A model generated the notes under the pieces. That model was not told where the DNA came from and did no database searches. It saw nothing but the letters and a program-made list of their open reading frames with translations. 64,000 nucleotides of DNA from an uncultured candidatus Porisulfidus sp. (GTDB lineage: Bacteria; Pseudomonadota; Gammaproteobacteria; Poriferisulfidales; Poriferisulfidaceae), in the NCBI GenBank assembly GCA_965116025.1, contig OZ220480.1, positions 384,001 through 448,000 on the forward strand. The letters run 5' to 3'. Of the stretch, positions 19,703-30,117 are shown one piece after another (the first letter of the stretch is position 1; each line of letters starts with the position of its first letter). Position numbers and translations under genes: made by a program.

Positions 19703-19927
19703 CTGCTTCATGATTGCATTGAGGGACTCGATTTCGCGCTTGAGCGCCGCGGTCATTTGCCATGGCTTGACCTCGGGCTACCACTCCAAAAACTCTTTCA
19801 CGGAAGCACCGCTCTCGAGGTTCTTGAAGAGCGCGCAAACAGGCGCCCTGGTTCCCGTGAAGGACAAGGCTCCGCTAATCTTGCGGGAATTGCGTTCCAC
19901 CGCGGAACATGTCGTCCAGTCGGCTAT
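19700..19927 (-). pseudogene. Decayed DUF433 antitoxin
   Basis: DWTTCSAVERNSRKISGALSFTGTRAPVCALFKNLESGASVKEFLEW*PEV; no ATG start and an in-frame TAG at 19778-19780. Confidence 0.7.
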
Positions 19928-20377
19928 TTCTTCATCTCTTGCCAGTTCGCGACCGGTCTTTGGCCAAGCGCGCCACTTTCCTCCCGTTTCGCCTCGAAAG
20001 CGGACGGATTCCGCGGGGATAGACTTCGCAAGTAATTGATTTTTCAACGTTCTCTTTTTTCGAGGTCCGATGCGGCAAATACGATAAAGACGAGAGCGCA
20101 ACCCTCGCGCCAAGAGACTCGTTCGTAAGACTATGTTTATACTAGAATTTTAATACGCTACAATACCTGCCCGGATCACGAGAACCCTCATGCGCGCGCT
20201 CAGGCCTTCGCTGTCGCTCTCGAGCGCGTCGCAACGCGTCGATCCCATCCGCGAGACCAGCCGAATCGCCCGATTCGGCCATCGGGAGCGCCAAGACTTC
20301 CTAGGCTTGACCGAAGCCTTGGCGCGTCTCAGTTGGTTGTCGAAAGACCTTGATCGATACCAGGGCGAGGCCCTCCG

Positions 20378-22603
20378 ATGGTTCCTGCCCTGAGGTGGTT
20401 CCTGGCCGGCCCCTGGCCGGTCCTCGGGATCTTCTTGCTGCTGGCCGGGTCGCTGGCGATCATGGCCGAGGCGACCCAAAGTTCCGGGCATTTCCATCGC
20501 TGGCAGTGGTGGGTGGCCGGTTTCAACGGCGCGCTGGCCCTGGCGCTTCTGGCGCTGATCGGGCTCAGCCTTTCCGGCTTGATCCGCAGGCTGCGCCTGC
20601 GCGAGGCCGGCTCGCGCCTATCGTTGCGCATGACGGCCATGTTCGCCGGCTTCACGCTGATCCCGACCGCGATGGTGTTCGGCTTCTCGGTCTGGCTGAT
20701 CTCCAGCGGAATCGACAGCTGGTTCGACGTGGGAGTCGACGATACCTTGGGCAAGGCGATGGAGTTGAGCCGAACGTCCATCGACATGCAGATGCGGGAG
20801 CGCCGCGGCCAGGTGGAGCGTCTGTTGCGAGAGCCAGCGGACGTGGGCGACCCCGAGACCATGGTCGTGCGCATGAACGACCTGGTGGTCCAGACCGGGG
20901 CGCTGGAGGCGACCCTGCTGGATTCCAGCAATAAGATCGTCGCCTCCCAAGGAGAGGTTCCGGACATTCTTCCAGACCTGCCAGGCGAGGCCCAGCTCCA
21001 GCTGTTGCGGGAAAGCGGCGTTTACATGGCGCAGGAAGAGCACCCGGAGCACGGCCCCATCGTCCGCGTCCTGGTTCAGGTCCCGTCGCTGGTCCAGGAA
21101 CTGCCTCTGGCCACCGAGGATTCGCCATTGTCCCTGAGTCGGGAAATGCCCCTGATGAACCAGGAGTTGCCCCTGACGCTGCAAATCCTGTACCCGGTGT
21201 CCGAATACATGCTGGGCCTGACCGACAGCGTCGAGAAGGCGTCCGACACGTATCGGTTGCTTCTGGAGCTTCGGGGCCCCCTGAAATACAACCTCACCTT
21301 CGCGATGTCCCTGGCGGTCCTGCTGGGACTGCTGTTCGCGATATGGGCGGCCCTTTATTCCGCGCAACGCATCCTCTCCCCGATCGCGGAACTCTCGCGA
21401 GGCATCGAGGCCGTGGCGGCGGGCGAGTACAGCCAGCGTCTTCCGGCCGGGCGGCGCGACGAGCTCGGCCAGATGACGCGCTCTTACAACGGCATGATCG
21501 AGCGCCTGGCCAACGCCCGGTACGTGGCGGAGACCCGCCGCCTGCTGATCGAGCGCCAGCACGCCTACCTGCATACGGTGCTGGAGCATCTGTCTTCCGG
21601 AGTCATCAGCGTCAATGATCGCGGCGAGGTGGTCACCGTCAACCACGCCGTTAGCTCGATTCTGGAACTGGAGATCGGGCGATACCTCAAGAAGCCCCTC
21701 GGTCTCCCGCGCCAGGAGCATCCCCGGCTGGAGCCGCTGTGGGATTTGATGGACCGCCAACAGCATAGCGACGACGACCTCGGGGAGCAAGTGCAGATCG
21801 ACGACGAGCTCAAGATTCTGCATTGCCATGGCGCGCGACTGCCGAACGAGGCCGGCTACATAGTGGTGTTTGAGGACATCACGGACCTGCGGCAGGCGCA
21901 GCGGCAGGCGGCCTGGGGCGAGGTGGCCCGGCGAATGGCGCACGAGATCAAGAATCCGCTGACCCCCATCCGCCTCTCGGCCGAACGAATGCGGAGCCGC
22001 CTCCAGCCGCTCCTCGCCGCGAAAGACTCCGAGATCCTGCTGCGCTCCACGCGAACCATCGTGCGCCAGGTGGAATCGATGAATACCATGATCGACGAGT
22101 TTCGCGAGCATGCCGCCGCGCGCTTCACGCCCGAGAGGATGGATCTGAACGCTTTGAGCAGGGAGGTCCTCGATCTGTACATGAGCGACCGCGCGCGAAT
22201 CTCCATCCACGCCGATCTGAGCCACGCCCCGGCCTGGATCCGGGGCGACCCGGACCGAATGCGCCAGTTGCTGCATAACCTGATCAAGAACGCCCGGGAA
22301 GCGCAGGAGCGGCAGGCTAAAGGGTCGATCATCCTGAGCACCCGAGCGCGAAAGGGCGTGGTGACGCTGAAGGTGCGCGACTCCGGCCCCGGCTTCGCGC
22401 CAGAAATCCTCGGCCGGGCTCTGGAGCCGTACGTCACCACCAAGACCAGCGGGCATGGCCTGGGGCTCGCCGTCGTGTTCCGCGTCACGGAAGATCATCA
22501 AGGACGGATTCGCGTATACAATGACCCGGACGGAGGCGGGTGCGTGGAAATCGAGTTCGACGCGGCATCGCGGGAAGATCTGAGCCAGACGAGTCTCTTC
22601 TGA
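20378..22603 (+). CDS. NtrY-like sensor histidine kinase (HAMP, PAS)
   Basis: SGIDSWFD, HAMP RRDELGQM, AWGEVARRMAHEIKNPLTPI, EPYVTTK..G.GLGLA. Confidence 0.9.
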   Translation: MVPALRWFLAGPWPVLGIFLLLAGSLAIMAEATQSSGHFHRWQWWVAGFNGALALALLALIGLSLSGLIRRLRLREAGSRLSLRMTAMFAGFTLIPTAMVFGFSVWLISSGIDSWFDVGVDDTLGKAMELSRTSIDMQMRERRGQVERLLREPADVGDPETMVVRMNDLVVQTGALEATLLDSSNKIVASQGEVPDILPDLPGEAQLQLLRESGVYMAQEEHPEHGPIVRVLVQVPSLVQELPLATEDSPLSLSREMPLMNQELPLTLQILYPVSEYMLGLTDSVEKASDTYRLLLELRGPLKYNLTFAMSLAVLLGLLFAIWAALYSAQRILSPIAELSRGIEAVAAGEYSQRLPAGRRDELGQMTRSYNGMIERLANARYVAETRRLLIERQHAYLHTVLEHLSSGVISVNDRGEVVTVNHAVSSILELEIGRYLKKPLGLPRQEHPRLEPLWDLMDRQQHSDDDLGEQVQIDDELKILHCHGARLPNEAGYIVVFEDITDLRQAQRQAAWGEVARRMAHEIKNPLTPIRLSAERMRSRLQPLLAAKDSEILLRSTRTIVRQVESMNTMIDEFREHAAARFTPERMDLNALSREVLDLYMSDRARISIHADLSHAPAWIRGDPDRMRQLLHNLIKNAREAQERQAKGSIILSTRARKGVVTLKVRDSGPGFAPEILGRALEPYVTTKTSGHGLGLAVVFRVTEDHQGRIRVYNDPDGGGCVEIEFDAASREDLSQTSLF

Positions 22604-22637
22604 TGACGAGACGTGAGCCTGAGAGAGAGATGGCGGC

Positions 22638-23987
22638 ATGAATCGGGAATCCATCCTGATCGTCGATGACGAATCCGACATTCGGACCCAAATCCAGGAT
22701 ATCCTTTCCGACCAGGGCTATCAGGTCCTGCAGGCCCCCTCCGCCGCCGTCGCCCGGGAGACCGCGAGGCGACAGTCGGTGGACCTGGCGTTGCTGGATA
22801 TCTGGATGCCGGGCGAGGACGGGATGAGCCTGCTACGGTCCTGGCTCCACGACGACAGCCTGGAGTTCCCGATTCTCATGATGTCCGGACACGGCAACGT
22901 CGAGACCGCGCTGGAGGCCACCCGGCTCGGGGCCTGGCATTATCTGGAGAAGCCCTTCGCGATGGACAAGCTGCTGCTAAGCGTCGCGCGGGCTCTGGAG
23001 ACCCACCGGCTTCGCCGACAAAACCAGAACCTGTTCGAGGACACGGCGGCCGCGGAGCGGCTCATCGGCGACAGCCCAGAGATCCGCCGCTTGCGAGAAC
23101 GGGCGAAAGCGCTTGGCAACAGCGGGGATCCGGCCCTGATCCTGGGCGAGCCCGGCAGCGAGTTCCTGGCGCTCGCCAACTACATCCACCACAACGGCGC
23201 CCGCCACCACTGGCAGGTCGTCGTCGCCAGCGGGCAGAATCTGGATCAGGGACTGTTCGAGAGGTCGCTGGGCCACGACGCCCCCCTGCTGCTCGAGGCG
23301 CATGGCGGCACCCTGCTGATCGATCCGCTGGACCAATTGGCGATCACGACTCAGCGGCGCCTGCTCTCCGTGCTCGAGAACCGCCACCTCCTGCTGGAGG
23401 ACGGCACGGCCACCCCCATCGACGCGCAACTCCTCGCCACCCTGCACCAGAGGCCCGAGACGGCCTTGGCGGCGAAGACGCTGGACCCCGCCCTGTACGC
23501 CCGGCTGGCGCCTCACACACTGACCCTCCCGCCATTGCGCGAGCGCGCCCAGGACATCCCGCAACTGGTCGAGCATTACACCACCCGCTATTGCGCGCGG
23601 GACAACCTTAGCATGCGAAGCTTTCCGCCCGACGTGCTGGAATTGCTGCGCCAGCACGACTGGCCGGACAACGCCCACGAGTTGCGCCGCGTCGTCTATC
23701 AGCTGCTGATCAGCGGCGAGGAGAGCGAGATCAGCCGGGAGCGAACCCGGAGCCTGCTGCGCCCGGCCCCATCCGACGACGCTCTCCCCAAAGAGATGGA
23801 GGATCTGGTGGATCTGCCCTATCGAGAGGCCCGCGCGCGGTTCGAGCGGATGTACTACCAATTCCAGATCGAGCGCTGCGGTGGCAGTATCAGCCGCCTG
23901 TCCGCCAGCACCAGCATGGAGCGCACCTATCTGTATCGGAAACTGCGTAGCCTCGGTATCGAGCGGCCAGGGGACTCCTCTTCCTGA
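22638..23987 (+). CDS. NtrX-like response regulator with degenerate AAA+ domain and Fis HTH
   Basis: ILIVDDE, LLDIWMPGEDG, MSGHG, MERTYLYRKLR; no GAFTGA motif and a degenerate Walker A. Confidence 0.88.
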   Translation: MNRESILIVDDESDIRTQIQDILSDQGYQVLQAPSAAVARETARRQSVDLALLDIWMPGEDGMSLLRSWLHDDSLEFPILMMSGHGNVETALEATRLGAWHYLEKPFAMDKLLLSVARALETHRLRRQNQNLFEDTAAAERLIGDSPEIRRLRERAKALGNSGDPALILGEPGSEFLALANYIHHNGARHHWQVVVASGQNLDQGLFERSLGHDAPLLLEAHGGTLLIDPLDQLAITTQRRLLSVLENRHLLLEDGTATPIDAQLLATLHQRPETALAAKTLDPALYARLAPHTLTLPPLRERAQDIPQLVEHYTTRYCARDNLSMRSFPPDVLELLRQHDWPDNAHELRRVVYQLLISGEESEISRERTRSLLRPAPSDDALPKEMEDLVDLPYREARARFERMYYQFQIERCGGSISRLSASTSMERTYLYRKLRSLGIERPGDSSS

Positions 23988-24014
23988 GCGGGAACTGACC
24001 CTCTCTCCCGACAC

Positions 24015-25376
24015 ATGAAGATCATCATTCTCGGGGCGGGCCGGATCGGTAGCTCGCTGGCGGTCGGACTGGCTCAGGAAAACAGCGAGATCACGCTGGT
24101 GGACCTGGAGGAGAGCAGCCTGAGCGCCGTCTCCAGCCACGTGGACCTGCGCGCCATCTGCGGCAACGGGGCGCACCCCAACATTCTGCGGCAGGCCGGC
24201 GCCGAGGATGCCGACATGCTGGTCGCGCTGACCCGCAGCGACGAGGTCAACATGATCGCCTGCCAAGTCGCCTACAGCCTGTTCAACACGCCCCAGCGGA
24301 TCGCCCGGGTGCGGGCCTCGGAGTACCTGACGCAGGGCGATCTGTTCATGACGGAGTCCCTGCCCATCGACGTTCTGATCAGTCCGGAGCAGATCGCGGC
24401 GCGCAACGTCGAGCAACTGATCCGCCATCCCGGCCCTCTGCAGGTGTTCGAGTTCGCCGACGGTCTGGTGAAGCTCGCTATGGTGCGCGTCTCCCCCGGC
24501 GCCGAGGCCGCCGGGCGCAGCCTGCTCGACCTGCGCCACAGCCTTCCGGACATCCAGCTGCGCGTGGCCGCCGTCTACCGGGACCAGCGACTCCTGAAGC
24601 CGGAGCCCGAGTTGCGCCTCAAGGCGCACGACGAGATCTTCGTTCTCGCGCGCGCGGAGCAGCTCGGCGCGGTCGTCAAGAAATTGCGCGTCCGGGTCGG
24701 TCGGAGCCGCCACATCGTCATCGCCGGCGGCGGCAACGTCGGCCACGGCGTGGCCGCGCGGCTGGAGTCGGTCTGCCACGTCAAGATCATCGAGCACGAC
24801 GAGCACCGCGCCCGCTATCTGTCGGAGCAGCTGTCCCGGGCCACGGTGCTGCAGGGCAACGCGACCGACGACAAGCTGCTGCTCGACGAGAACATCCGGG
24901 ACATGGACGTTTTCTGCGCGCTGACCAACAACGAGGAAGCCAATATTCTGTCGGCCATGCAGGCCAAGCGCATGGGGGCGTCCACCACGATCGCCCTGAT
25001 TGACCGGCCGATCTACCTCGACCTGATCGAGCGCTCCATCGATATCGCGGTCTCTCCCCAGCAGGCCACGTTGAGCGAGCTGCTGACGCACATTCGCCAG
25101 GGAGACGTGCTCGCGGTGCACTCGCTGCGGCGCGGACGCGCCGAGGCTCTGGAGGCCAAGGCCCACCGCACGGCCGCGGCGATCGGCAAGCCGATCGGAG
25201 AGCTCGACCTTCCAGCTGGCGCCGCCATCATCGCGCTGGTCCGCGGCGGCGAGATGATTCTGCCGAACGCGCTCAGCGCGATTCAGCCAGATGATCGCGT
25301 CATCCTGTTCATCAGCGACAAGCGATACCTGAAGGACGTCGAGCGCCTGTTCCAGGTCAGCGCCACGTTTTTCTGA
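24015..25376 (+). CDS. trkA: Trk potassium uptake NAD-binding subunit
   Basis: MKIIILGAGRIG, second GGGNVG RCK domain, SLRRGRAEALE. Confidence 0.96.
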   Translation: MKIIILGAGRIGSSLAVGLAQENSEITLVDLEESSLSAVSSHVDLRAICGNGAHPNILRQAGAEDADMLVALTRSDEVNMIACQVAYSLFNTPQRIARVRASEYLTQGDLFMTESLPIDVLISPEQIAARNVEQLIRHPGPLQVFEFADGLVKLAMVRVSPGAEAAGRSLLDLRHSLPDIQLRVAAVYRDQRLLKPEPELRLKAHDEIFVLARAEQLGAVVKKLRVRVGRSRHIVIAGGGNVGHGVAARLESVCHVKIIEHDEHRARYLSEQLSRATVLQGNATDDKLLLDENIRDMDVFCALTNNEEANILSAMQAKRMGASTTIALIDRPIYLDLIERSIDIAVSPQQATLSELLTHIRQGDVLAVHSLRRGRAEALEAKAHRTAAAIGKPIGELDLPAGAAIIALVRGGEMILPNALSAIQPDDRVILFISDKRYLKDVERLFQVSATFF

Positions 25377-25379
25377 CCC

Positions 25380-26846
25380 ATGCCGATCCAGTACCGGGTC
25401 GTCCAGCGCCTGCTCGGCTACCTGCTGACCGTTTTCAGTCTCGGAATGCTGCCTCCCTTGGCGCTGAGCCTGGCGCTGGACGACGGCGAGGCGTTCTCGT
25501 TCCTATACACGTTCTTCCTGCTGTCCCTCCTAGGCATCGCCCTGTGGGTCCAAGCCGCGCGCCGGGCCCCGCGCCGGCAACCTCTGCGACTGCGCGACGG
25601 CTTCGTGGTCGTCTCTCTGTTCTGGATCGGTCTGGGGCTGGCCGGGTCCATTCCCCTGTACATCTCGCCTTCTCTGCGACTCAGCGGAACCGACGCCGTG
25701 TTCGAGGCGGTCTCGGGGCTAACCACCACCGGCGCGACGGCGCTGTCGGGTCTGGACGGTATGCCTCCGTCCATCCTGTTCTACCGCCAGCTCCTGCAGT
25801 GGGTCGGCGGCCTCGGCATCATCGTGCTTGCGGTCGCCATCCTGCCTCTGGTCGGCATGGGGGGCGTGCAACTGTACCAGGCGGAAGCTCCGCACTCCCT
25901 AGCCGAGCGGCGTCTAACCCCGCGCATCGCCGAGACCGCCAAGGTGCTGCTGTATCTGTATTCCGGCCTGACCCTCGCCTGCGGACTCGCGTACTGGGGA
26001 GCCGGCATGAGCCCGTTCGACGCCGTCTGCCACGCGCTCTCCACCGTCGCCATCGGAGGCTTCTCCACCCACGACGCCAGCCTTGGACACTTCGACAGCG
26101 TTCTGATCGAGGCGACCGCGATCATCTTCATGATCTTGGCCGGGGCGAATTTCGGGCTGCATTATCTGGCGCTGAGCCGGCGCGGCCTCCAACCGTACCT
26201 CCAAAACGGGGAATTCCGCGCCTATATCACGGTGCTGGCCACGGTGGCCATCATCTGCGTCGGCTATCTTTGGGCCACGTCCTTCTCCGAAGACCCGCTC
26301 GAGACCGCGCGCCACGGACTCTTCCAAGCCGTGTCCATCGCCACCACCACCGGATACGCCACGACCGGATACGACCACTGGCCCGCGTTCGCGTCCACGC
26401 TGCTCTTGCTCGCCAGCTTCATCGGCGGATGCGTCGGCTCCACTGGCGGCGGGATGAAGGTGATCCGATTCTTGCTGATGGTCAAGCACGGCGGCAAGGA
26501 ACTGTACCGGATCATCCACCCCTCCGTGCAGGTCACGGTCCGGATCGGAGACCGCGTGATGCCGCAAAGCGCCCTGCAGTCGGTCTGGGGATTCTTCGCC
26601 GCCTACATCACGACCTTCACCGCGCTGTTTCTGCTGCTGATGATGACCGGGCTGGACCAAGTCAGCGCGTTCTCGGCGGTGGCCGCCACCCTCAACAACC
26701 TAGGGCCCGGACTCGGAGAGGTCAGCCAGAACTACGCCTCGGTGAGCGACTTCGGCAAGTGGCTGCTGTGCGCCAGCATGGTGTTCGGGCGCCTGGAGGT
26801 CTTCACCCTGCTGGTGATCCTGACACCGGCGTTCTGGCGCCGATAG
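25380..26846 (+). CDS. trkH: Trk potassium uptake membrane subunit
   Basis: FEAVSGLTTTGAT, AIGGFSTHD, TTTGY, LNNLGPG, GRLEVFTLL..TPAFWR. Confidence 0.95.
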   Translation: MPIQYRVVQRLLGYLLTVFSLGMLPPLALSLALDDGEAFSFLYTFFLLSLLGIALWVQAARRAPRRQPLRLRDGFVVVSLFWIGLGLAGSIPLYISPSLRLSGTDAVFEAVSGLTTTGATALSGLDGMPPSILFYRQLLQWVGGLGIIVLAVAILPLVGMGGVQLYQAEAPHSLAERRLTPRIAETAKVLLYLYSGLTLACGLAYWGAGMSPFDAVCHALSTVAIGGFSTHDASLGHFDSVLIEATAIIFMILAGANFGLHYLALSRRGLQPYLQNGEFRAYITVLATVAIICVGYLWATSFSEDPLETARHGLFQAVSIATTTGYATTGYDHWPAFASTLLLLASFIGGCVGSTGGGMKVIRFLLMVKHGGKELYRIIHPSVQVTVRIGDRVMPQSALQSVWGFFAAYITTFTALFLLLMMTGLDQVSAFSAVAATLNNLGPGLGEVSQNYASVSDFGKWLLCASMVFGRLEVFTLLVILTPAFWRR

Positions 26847-26885
26847 CGCGACGAGTCTCCGCTTCCTGAAACGCGGCGGAAACGC

Positions 26886-27767
26886 TTATCGATACAGCGA
26901 TTCGGGAGGAACCAGCCGCTTGCGAAAGCGCGGGTAGCTCCACCAGTACTGGGTCACGTCCTCGGCAATGGCCGTCTCCACCATGGCGTTGATCCCGGCC
27001 GCGGCCTCCTCCCGATCCGGGGAGTAGACGCGCGGGTCGGCCGCGCGGAACGTGACATGGAACCCACCGCGGCGGCGGCTCGACTGAATCATGAGCGCGA
27101 CGACATCCTGCCGCCGCGCCAGACGGGCGGCCAGACCGCCCGTGTTCGCCAGCACCCCGAAGAACGGCGCCATCACGCCGTCCTCCTTCCGGCGCGGGAC
27201 GTGGTCCGGCAAGATGCCGACCGCGCGCCCCTCCCGAAGCGCCTGCAAGAGCATGCGCACGCCGCCGCGGTCCGCGGGAACCAGAACCGCGCCGGTGTGC
27301 TGCCGTCCCTGGCGGACGAAGCCATCGATCCTGCGGTGCCTCAGCGGCCGGTACATGCTGCGCATGGCGACATGCCCGGTCAGGTACAGGCCGCTGAATT
27401 CCCAATTCCCGAAATGCGGCGTCACCAGAACGATTCCCTTGCCGCTCGCCCGGGCCCGCTCCAGCAAATCCAGCCCCGTCACCCGAACCGCGAGAGACTC
27501 GATCCGCGCCGGCGACAGGCGCCACAGGCGCGGCATCTCCAGCAGGGTGCGGGCCTCATGGATCAGACTCTTGCGCGCCACGCTCCAGCGCCAGGCATCG
27601 CTTTTCTCCGGGTAGCAGAGACGTAGATTCGCCAAGCAGATTTCGAGCCGGCGACCCGGCACGTAGCCGAGCCAGAGCCCCGCGAGGCCACCCAAAAGGC
27701 GCGACAGGGGCAACGGCGCCAGCGAGAGAAGCCGTAGCAGAAACAGGGAAAAACGCGAATCGAGCAC
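26886..27767 (-). CDS. Lipid A biosynthesis acyltransferase (LpxL/HtrB family)
   Basis: HFGNWE, ILPDH, APFFG, QYWWSYPRFR. Confidence 0.88.
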   Translation of the reverse strand: MLDSRFSLFLLRLLSLAPLPLSRLLGGLAGLWLGYVPGRRLEICLANLRLCYPEKSDAWRWSVARKSLIHEARTLLEMPRLWRLSPARIESLAVRVTGLDLLERARASGKGIVLVTPHFGNWEFSGLYLTGHVAMRSMYRPLRHRRIDGFVRQGRQHTGAVLVPADRGGVRMLLQALREGRAVGILPDHVPRRKEDGVMAPFFGVLANTGGLAARLARRQDVVALMIQSSRRRGGFHVTFRAADPRVYSPDREEAAAGINAMVETAIAEDVTQYWWSYPRFRKRLVPPESLYR

Positions 27768-28271
27768 GAAACTCTGGTCCCCGCGCGGCGGGTATAGGCT
27801 GGACTTCCCGGGATTGATCGAGGCGGGATTCGTCCTAGCCGGAACGCGGTGTCGGCCAGCACGGGGCCATGGAACGGGCGGCCATGAGTCTTCCGTCCTC
27901 TTTGGTCATTTAGAGTCTAGAGTCGCGCCCTACGCGCCATACAAAACGTCCGTTATCAGATACGCGAGCCACGCGAACACCGCGAGGATCGGAGCGTACA
28001 GGCACAGCAATATTATCGCCCAATGCCGCAGTTTCCGCATCATACCTACAACGTGGCCAGCTTGCGACCTAGCGCCAGCGATTGTCGCAGGCACCAATCG
28101 TGCCGTCCGCGTGCGTGAGCAGCAGGTCGTGCTCAGCAGGCTTGAGCTGCTCCCCCGCGCGCCAGCACCGATGCAGAACTTGCACTCTCGATGCCTCGCC
28201 ATTCCCCACCAGACTGGGCGAGTCTTCGGGATCTTCCCGAAATTGAATAACGTCGTCGTGCTTGCCGCCCA

Positions 28272-28415
28272 TCATCCCAAGAAGTCAAAATCGGACTCGA
28301 CCAACTCGTCCGCGCTCACGCCCATAAGCGTGACGCTCACGCCTTCCCGGCACTCGGTGATCACCGCGTTACTGGCTTCGCTGTCCGTGATCGTCAAGTC
28401 TTTGTATTTCGCCAT
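28272..28415 (-). other. 47-aa mini-ORF consisting only of an RTX/T1SS-type C-terminal secretion region (remnant or microprotein)
   Basis: MAKYKDLTITDSEASNAVITECREGVSVTLMGVSADELVESDFDFLG*, matching the C-termini (..SDLT(E/D)SDFDFMG) of the two RTX genes at 48850 and 50072. Confidence 0.7.
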
Positions 28416-28620
28416 ACTAATTTAGACGCGCTCCGCGAGGCCGGTGCTAGTGTAGCAGACTATCCCGACCGGGAATCCGCGCTAGGAAAACTTGGAATAA
28501 GCAACCTTGAAACTGGCTTTATGAACCGCGCGTGCCATCCACTCATCGATTAGCGTATCCGCGTCCAGCCCCGCCCCCGCGGGAACGCCGTTATAGAATG
28601 AGCGGCGCTCACCCACCCCG

Positions 28621-29571
28621 ATGCTCTACCCCGCGATCCGCCCCTATTCGACCCGTCGCCTGCAGGTCGACGGGCGACATGCATTGCATGTGGAGGAGTG
28701 CGGCAGTCCAGAGGGCGTGCCGGTGGTGTTCCTGCACGGCGGCCCGGGCGCAGGTTGCGAGGACTACCATCGCCAGTTCTTCGATCCGGAGAAATACCGA
28801 ATCGTGCTGTTCGACCAGCGCGGCGCCGGACGCTCGACGCCCCACGCGGACTTGACCGACAACACCACGGCTCATCTAGTCGAGGACATCGAGAAGATCC
28901 GCGAGGAGCTGGGAATCGACCGGTGGCTCGTGTTCGGCGGCTCCTGGGGCTCCACCCTCGGGCTGGCCTACGCCCAGAGCCACCCGAAACGCGCGCTGGG
29001 CCTGATCTTGCGCGGCATCTTCCTGTGCCGGCGGCGCGACCTCCTTTGGTTCTACCAGGAAGGCGCGGACAATATCTTCCCCGATTACTGGCGGGACTTC
29101 TTGGAGCCCATACCGGAAGCGGAGCGCGGCGACCTGATGCGGGCCTACCACCACCGACTGACCGGGCCTGACGAGCTGATCCGCATGAAGGCGGCCAAGG
29201 CCTGGGCGCTCTGGGAGGCGCGCTGCTCGAATCTGCAGCACGACGCCCGGGTCGTGGAGGCGTTCAGCGACCCGCACATGGCGCTCGGTCTGGCGCGCGT
29301 GGAGTGCCACTACTTCGTCAACCGAATCTTCCTGCCAGAGAACCAGTTGCTGAAGCGAATCGGGAAACTGACGGGGGTTCCGGGAATTCTGGTGCATGGA
29401 CGCTACGATATCGTCTGCCCCATCGATCAGGCTTTCGCGCTGCATCGCGCCTGGCCCGGGTCGCGCCTGGACCTAATTGCCGAAGCGGGGCACTCGGCCC
29501 GAGAGCAGGGCATCACCACCGCCCTGATCGCGGCCACCGAGGAGATGCACTCGCGCCTGACTCGGGCGTGA
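28621..29571 (+). CDS. pip: Proline iminopeptidase
   Basis: HGGPG, FDQRGAGRSTP, GGSWGSTL, GRYDIVCP. Confidence 0.95.
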   Translation: MLYPAIRPYSTRRLQVDGRHALHVEECGSPEGVPVVFLHGGPGAGCEDYHRQFFDPEKYRIVLFDQRGAGRSTPHADLTDNTTAHLVEDIEKIREELGIDRWLVFGGSWGSTLGLAYAQSHPKRALGLILRGIFLCRRRDLLWFYQEGADNIFPDYWRDFLEPIPEAERGDLMRAYHHRLTGPDELIRMKAAKAWALWEARCSNLQHDARVVEAFSDPHMALGLARVECHYFVNRIFLPENQLLKRIGKLTGVPGILVHGRYDIVCPIDQAFALHRAWPGSRLDLIAEAGHSAREQGITTALIAATEEMHSRLTRA

Positions 29572-30117
29572 GGCCTGGACGGCCTAGCCCAGCGCTAGTC
29601 CCCGCCTGTCCGGCGGCATCCGGTTCCGGTCGGCGACCCTCGCGGCGCGGTGCCAGCTGGAGGCCCTCTTGGGAAAAACTTCGCGGTCAGCTCGACTTCG
29701 CTCATGCCGACACCCATCCCACGGGAGGATTCTCAATTTCCGAGCTAACGCCGATTTTGAGGAAATTCCTAGATGGTTTCTCGCCTTCACGGACGCGCTA
29801 GGAAATGCGGGTAGGTATTTGGGGCGGCCGAGGACGGCTCGGGTAGATTTTCGCGAGAAAAACTCGGATTCCACCCGATTCTCGTAGAGCGTAGCTTGGC
29901 CTCTCGCGCGCCTACGCGAGCCGCGTCTTCCAAATGGCCCGTCTTTTCCCTGAAAGCGCCAGCTTCGAGCGGTCAGAACGTGTCCCAAGCCGGAAGACCA
30001 GATATTCGGCGCGACACGCTCCTGACATCCAGCACGTGATCCCTCCGGAAGCCCACCCACAACTTCCGGACTCGTCGGATCAGTTTCGCGCCGAGGCCGG
30101 CCGCGATCACAAGTCGG

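Noticed and set aside
19778-19780. In-frame TAG as possible recoding
   Set aside because: Surrounded by other inactivating lesions; a simple nonsense mutation is more likely.
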